Shown piece after piece: positions 61,774 through 64,000 of a DNA stretch of 64,000 nucleotides; positions within the stretch are counted from its first letter, which is position 1, and every line of letters begins with the position of its first letter. The stretch covers positions 32,001 to 96,000 of the IMG/VR virus record IMGVR_UViG_3300025545_000003; one strand, given 5' to 3'. The notes under the pieces were generated by a model, which did not search any database, was not told the DNA's origin, and saw nothing but the letters and a program-made list of their open reading frames with translations. This DNA is from a virus. A program made the position numbers and the translations under genes.

Positions 61774-64000
61774 ATGATTTTCAGTCAGGCTGCCGGTGAC
61801 CGAAAGGTCCGTGCTTTTTCCTTGTCCAGTTCGTTCCTTGAGGAGTTCCACGGCAAGCAGCCCAACTGGGGTCCGGTAGGCTATTTCACGTTCAAGCGAA
61901 CCTACGCCCGTGAGCTACCCGAGGGTGGCACGGAGGAGTTCTGGCAGACGTGTAAGCGGGTCGTCGAGGGTTGCTTCCAGATCCAGAAGATCCACTGCCG
62001 CCGGATGGCCCTCCCGTGGAATGAGGCCAAGGGCCAGAACTCGGCGCAGGAGATGTTCCGCCGCATGTTCGATTTCAAGTTCACGCCACCGGGGCGTGGC
62101 CTGTGGATGATGGGCACGGACGTCGTGTATAGCCGGGGCTCCGCCGCCCTCCAGAACTGCGCCTTCGTGTCCACGGACAAGCTCGCTGAAGATTTCTCCG
62201 GCCCGTTCACCTTCCTGATGGACCTCTCGATGCTCGGCGTGGGTGTCGGTGGAGACACCAGAGGGAAAGGGGCTGTCCGTATCCAGCGCCCCGACATGTC
62301 CGTCACGCCCTACGTGGTGGATGACAGCCGGGAGGGCTGGGTGGACCTGGTCCGTACCTTGCTGGAGTCGTTCGTGGGCAAGGCCCAGTACCCGAGGGTC
62401 ATCGACTACTCGCCGGTGCGGGGCCGTGGGGCAGCCATCAGCACTTTCGGGGGCGTAGCCTCCGGGCCACTCCCACTCCAGAAACTGGTCGAGGGCATCA
62501 CGAAGATCCTGCTCCCCAAGGGCGTCCGGGCTGAGTTCGACGTGGACTACGACGAGGCCACGGGCAAGATCGGGAACGTGATCGTGACGTTCAAGGGCAA
62601 GAAGGCTCCCACGCCGTACCGTATCGGGTCAGCCCAGATCGTCGATGTGTTCAACTACATCGGCAAGTGCGTCGTGGCCGGTGGCGTCCGCCGGACGGCA
62701 GAGATCATGTTCGGAGAGCCCGACGACGAGGATTTCGTGACCCTCAAGCAGGACGAGGAGGCCCTCAACGACCGCCGTTGGGCGTCCAACAACTCCGTGT
62801 TCGGGTACGTGGGCATGGACTACACGGACATCGTGGATTCCATCGCCAAGAACGGGGAGCCTGGTATCTGCTGGCTGGAGAATGCCCGTGCATACAGCCG
62901 CATGGGACACCCTGCGGACAACAAGGACTGGCGGGTCGTGGGTACGAACCCCTGCGGTGAGCAATCCCTTGAGTCCTTTGAGCTTTGCAACCTCGTGGAG
63001 ACCTACCCGGCCCACCACGATGACTACGACGACTACGAGCGCACCCTCAAGATGGCGTACCTCTACGCCAAGACCGTGACCCTCGTTCCTACACACATCC
63101 CAAGGGCCAACGCTGTCATGCAGCGCAACCGCCGCATCGGCTGTTCCATGTCTGGGATCACACAGGCGATGGCCAAGCTGGGGAGACGCTCGTTCCTGAA
63201 CTGGTGCGATGAGGGCTATGACTACGTGCAGCGCCTCGACCGCATCTACTCTGAGTGGCTGGGCTGTGGCCTCTCGGTCAAGACGACGACCGTGAAGCCT
63301 TCTGGGTGCCAAGTACAGGGCACTCTCATAAACACAGAAAAGGGTATTTTCAGGCTGTCCGAGTTGGGGGATGTGCAAGGAGAGATGTGGCAGGATATTT
63401 CTGGGTGGACTTCCCTTGGGAAAAACATCACTAAGTTCTTTGTGAATGGGGATGGTCCTACTAAGCAGTTACGGACAGAGGATGGAAATCTTCTTGAGGG
63501 CTCTTTGCCTCATCAGTACCAGGTGGTGGTTGATGGCGATGTTGTTTGGAAGAAGGTTGCTGATATTGTGGTAGGTGACCAACTTTTGGTTTCTTTGGGG
63601 GACTACCAGAACAAGACAGAGCCTTCTCTTTTTCAGGTCCCTGCCCCATACCACAATACCAAGAGCATTCTGCAACCGAAGGAGATGAGTCCTGCGTTAG
63701 CATGGTTTCTCGGGATGTTGTATGGGGATGGTTCTGTCCATAAGAAGGGGTTGCGGATATCTTTCAATCGGAAAGAGGCTTCCCTTGTCCATTTCATTTC
63801 CCAGACGGTGAAGAGTTTGTTTGGGTTGGATGCTCTTGTGGACGATGATCACAGTATATACATCAACTCGACCCACCTTTTGGCTTACCTAGAAGCCAAC
63901 CATATGCTGAAGGACTTTTCACACTCCTTGGAGATGCCTTTGGCCATACGCAGCGCAGGGGTAGACAGCATCAAAGCGTTCATCACGGGTTTGTGGCGGG
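61774..64000 (+). CDS. nrdJ: Class II (AdoCbl) ribonucleotide reductase, runs off the window, intein-containing
   Basis: FKRTYAR, PPGRGLW, LQNC, VVAGGVRRTA, TNPCGE, CNL, TVKPSG. Confidence 0.93.
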   Translation, partial: MIFSQAAGDRKVRAFSLSSSFLEEFHGKQPNWGPVGYFTFKRTYARELPEGGTEEFWQTCKRVVEGCFQIQKIHCRRMALPWNEAKGQNSAQEMFRRMFDFKFTPPGRGLWMMGTDVVYSRGSAALQNCAFVSTDKLAEDFSGPFTFLMDLSMLGVGVGGDTRGKGAVRIQRPDMSVTPYVVDDSREGWVDLVRTLLESFVGKAQYPRVIDYSPVRGRGAAISTFGGVASGPLPLQKLVEGITKILLPKGVRAEFDVDYDEATGKIGNVIVTFKGKKAPTPYRIGSAQIVDVFNYIGKCVVAGGVRRTAEIMFGEPDDEDFVTLKQDEEALNDRRWASNNSVFGYVGMDYTDIVDSIAKNGEPGICWLENARAYSRMGHPADNKDWRVVGTNPCGEQSLESFELCNLVETYPAHHDDYDDYERTLKMAYLYAKTVTLVPTHIPRANAVMQRNRRIGCSMSGITQAMAKLGRRSFLNWCDEGYDYVQRLDRIYSEWLGCGLSVKTTTVKPSGCQVQGTLINTEKGIFRLSELGDVQGEMWQDISGWTSLGKNITKFFVNGDGPTKQLRTEDGNLLEGSLPHQYQVVVDGDVVWKKVADIVVGDQLLVSLGDYQNKTEPSLFQVPAPYHNTKSILQPKEMSPALAWFLGMLYGDGSVHKKGLRISFNRKEASLVHFISQTVKSLFGLDALVDDDHSIYINSTHLLAYLEANHMLKDFSHSLEMPLAIRSAGVDSIKAFITGLWR
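63307..64000 (+). mobile_element. Intein with LAGLIDADG endonuclease in nrdJ
   Basis: KPSG|CQVQGTLINTEKG N-terminal splice junction; LAWFLGMLYGDG; GC drop. Confidence 0.88.

Noticed and set aside
7313-63378. Long antisense or alternate-frame ORFs (e.g. 7313-8134, 24325-25377, 30428-31954, 35796-36917, 50525-51826, 54304-55323)
   Set aside because: These are shadows of GC-rich genes on the opposite strand and have no motifs or RBS.

Overview
GC-rich segment of a large (jumbo-like) bacteriophage genome. It has no rRNA genes and no CRISPR array. The window holds two tRNA super-arrays: + strand ~291-12918 and - strand ~37824-42327. Together they carry about 54 tRNAs covering all 20 amino acids, interleaved with homing endonucleases and structured ncRNAs. 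Also present: tmRNA, a minimal RNase P RNA, a minimal SRP RNA, a GOLLD-like RNA, RNA repair/translation-rescue enzymes (RNase Z, RtcB, Pth2, RNase H, QueF-like), an ABC transporter/OmpA module, an AAA+/vWA pair, GroEL, an SNF2 helicase, a sigma-like protein, clamp-loader subunits and a class II RNR with an intein. Two candidate new systems stand out. (1) A promoter / 32-codon leader peptide / antiterminator / terminator / boxA unit precedes the - strand array, and its leader codons match 14 of the array's 16 anticodon types. This suggests a ribosome-stalling attenuator that senses tRNA depletion and switches on the phage's replacement tRNAs. (2) Six intron-less homing-endonuclease cassettes each split a tRNA gene and carry a complete divergent replacement tRNA of the same isotype. 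The same logic is seen once in a protein gene, and a GIY-YIG ORF is looped out of the RNase P RNA. All coordinates were read by eye and may be off by a few nt.
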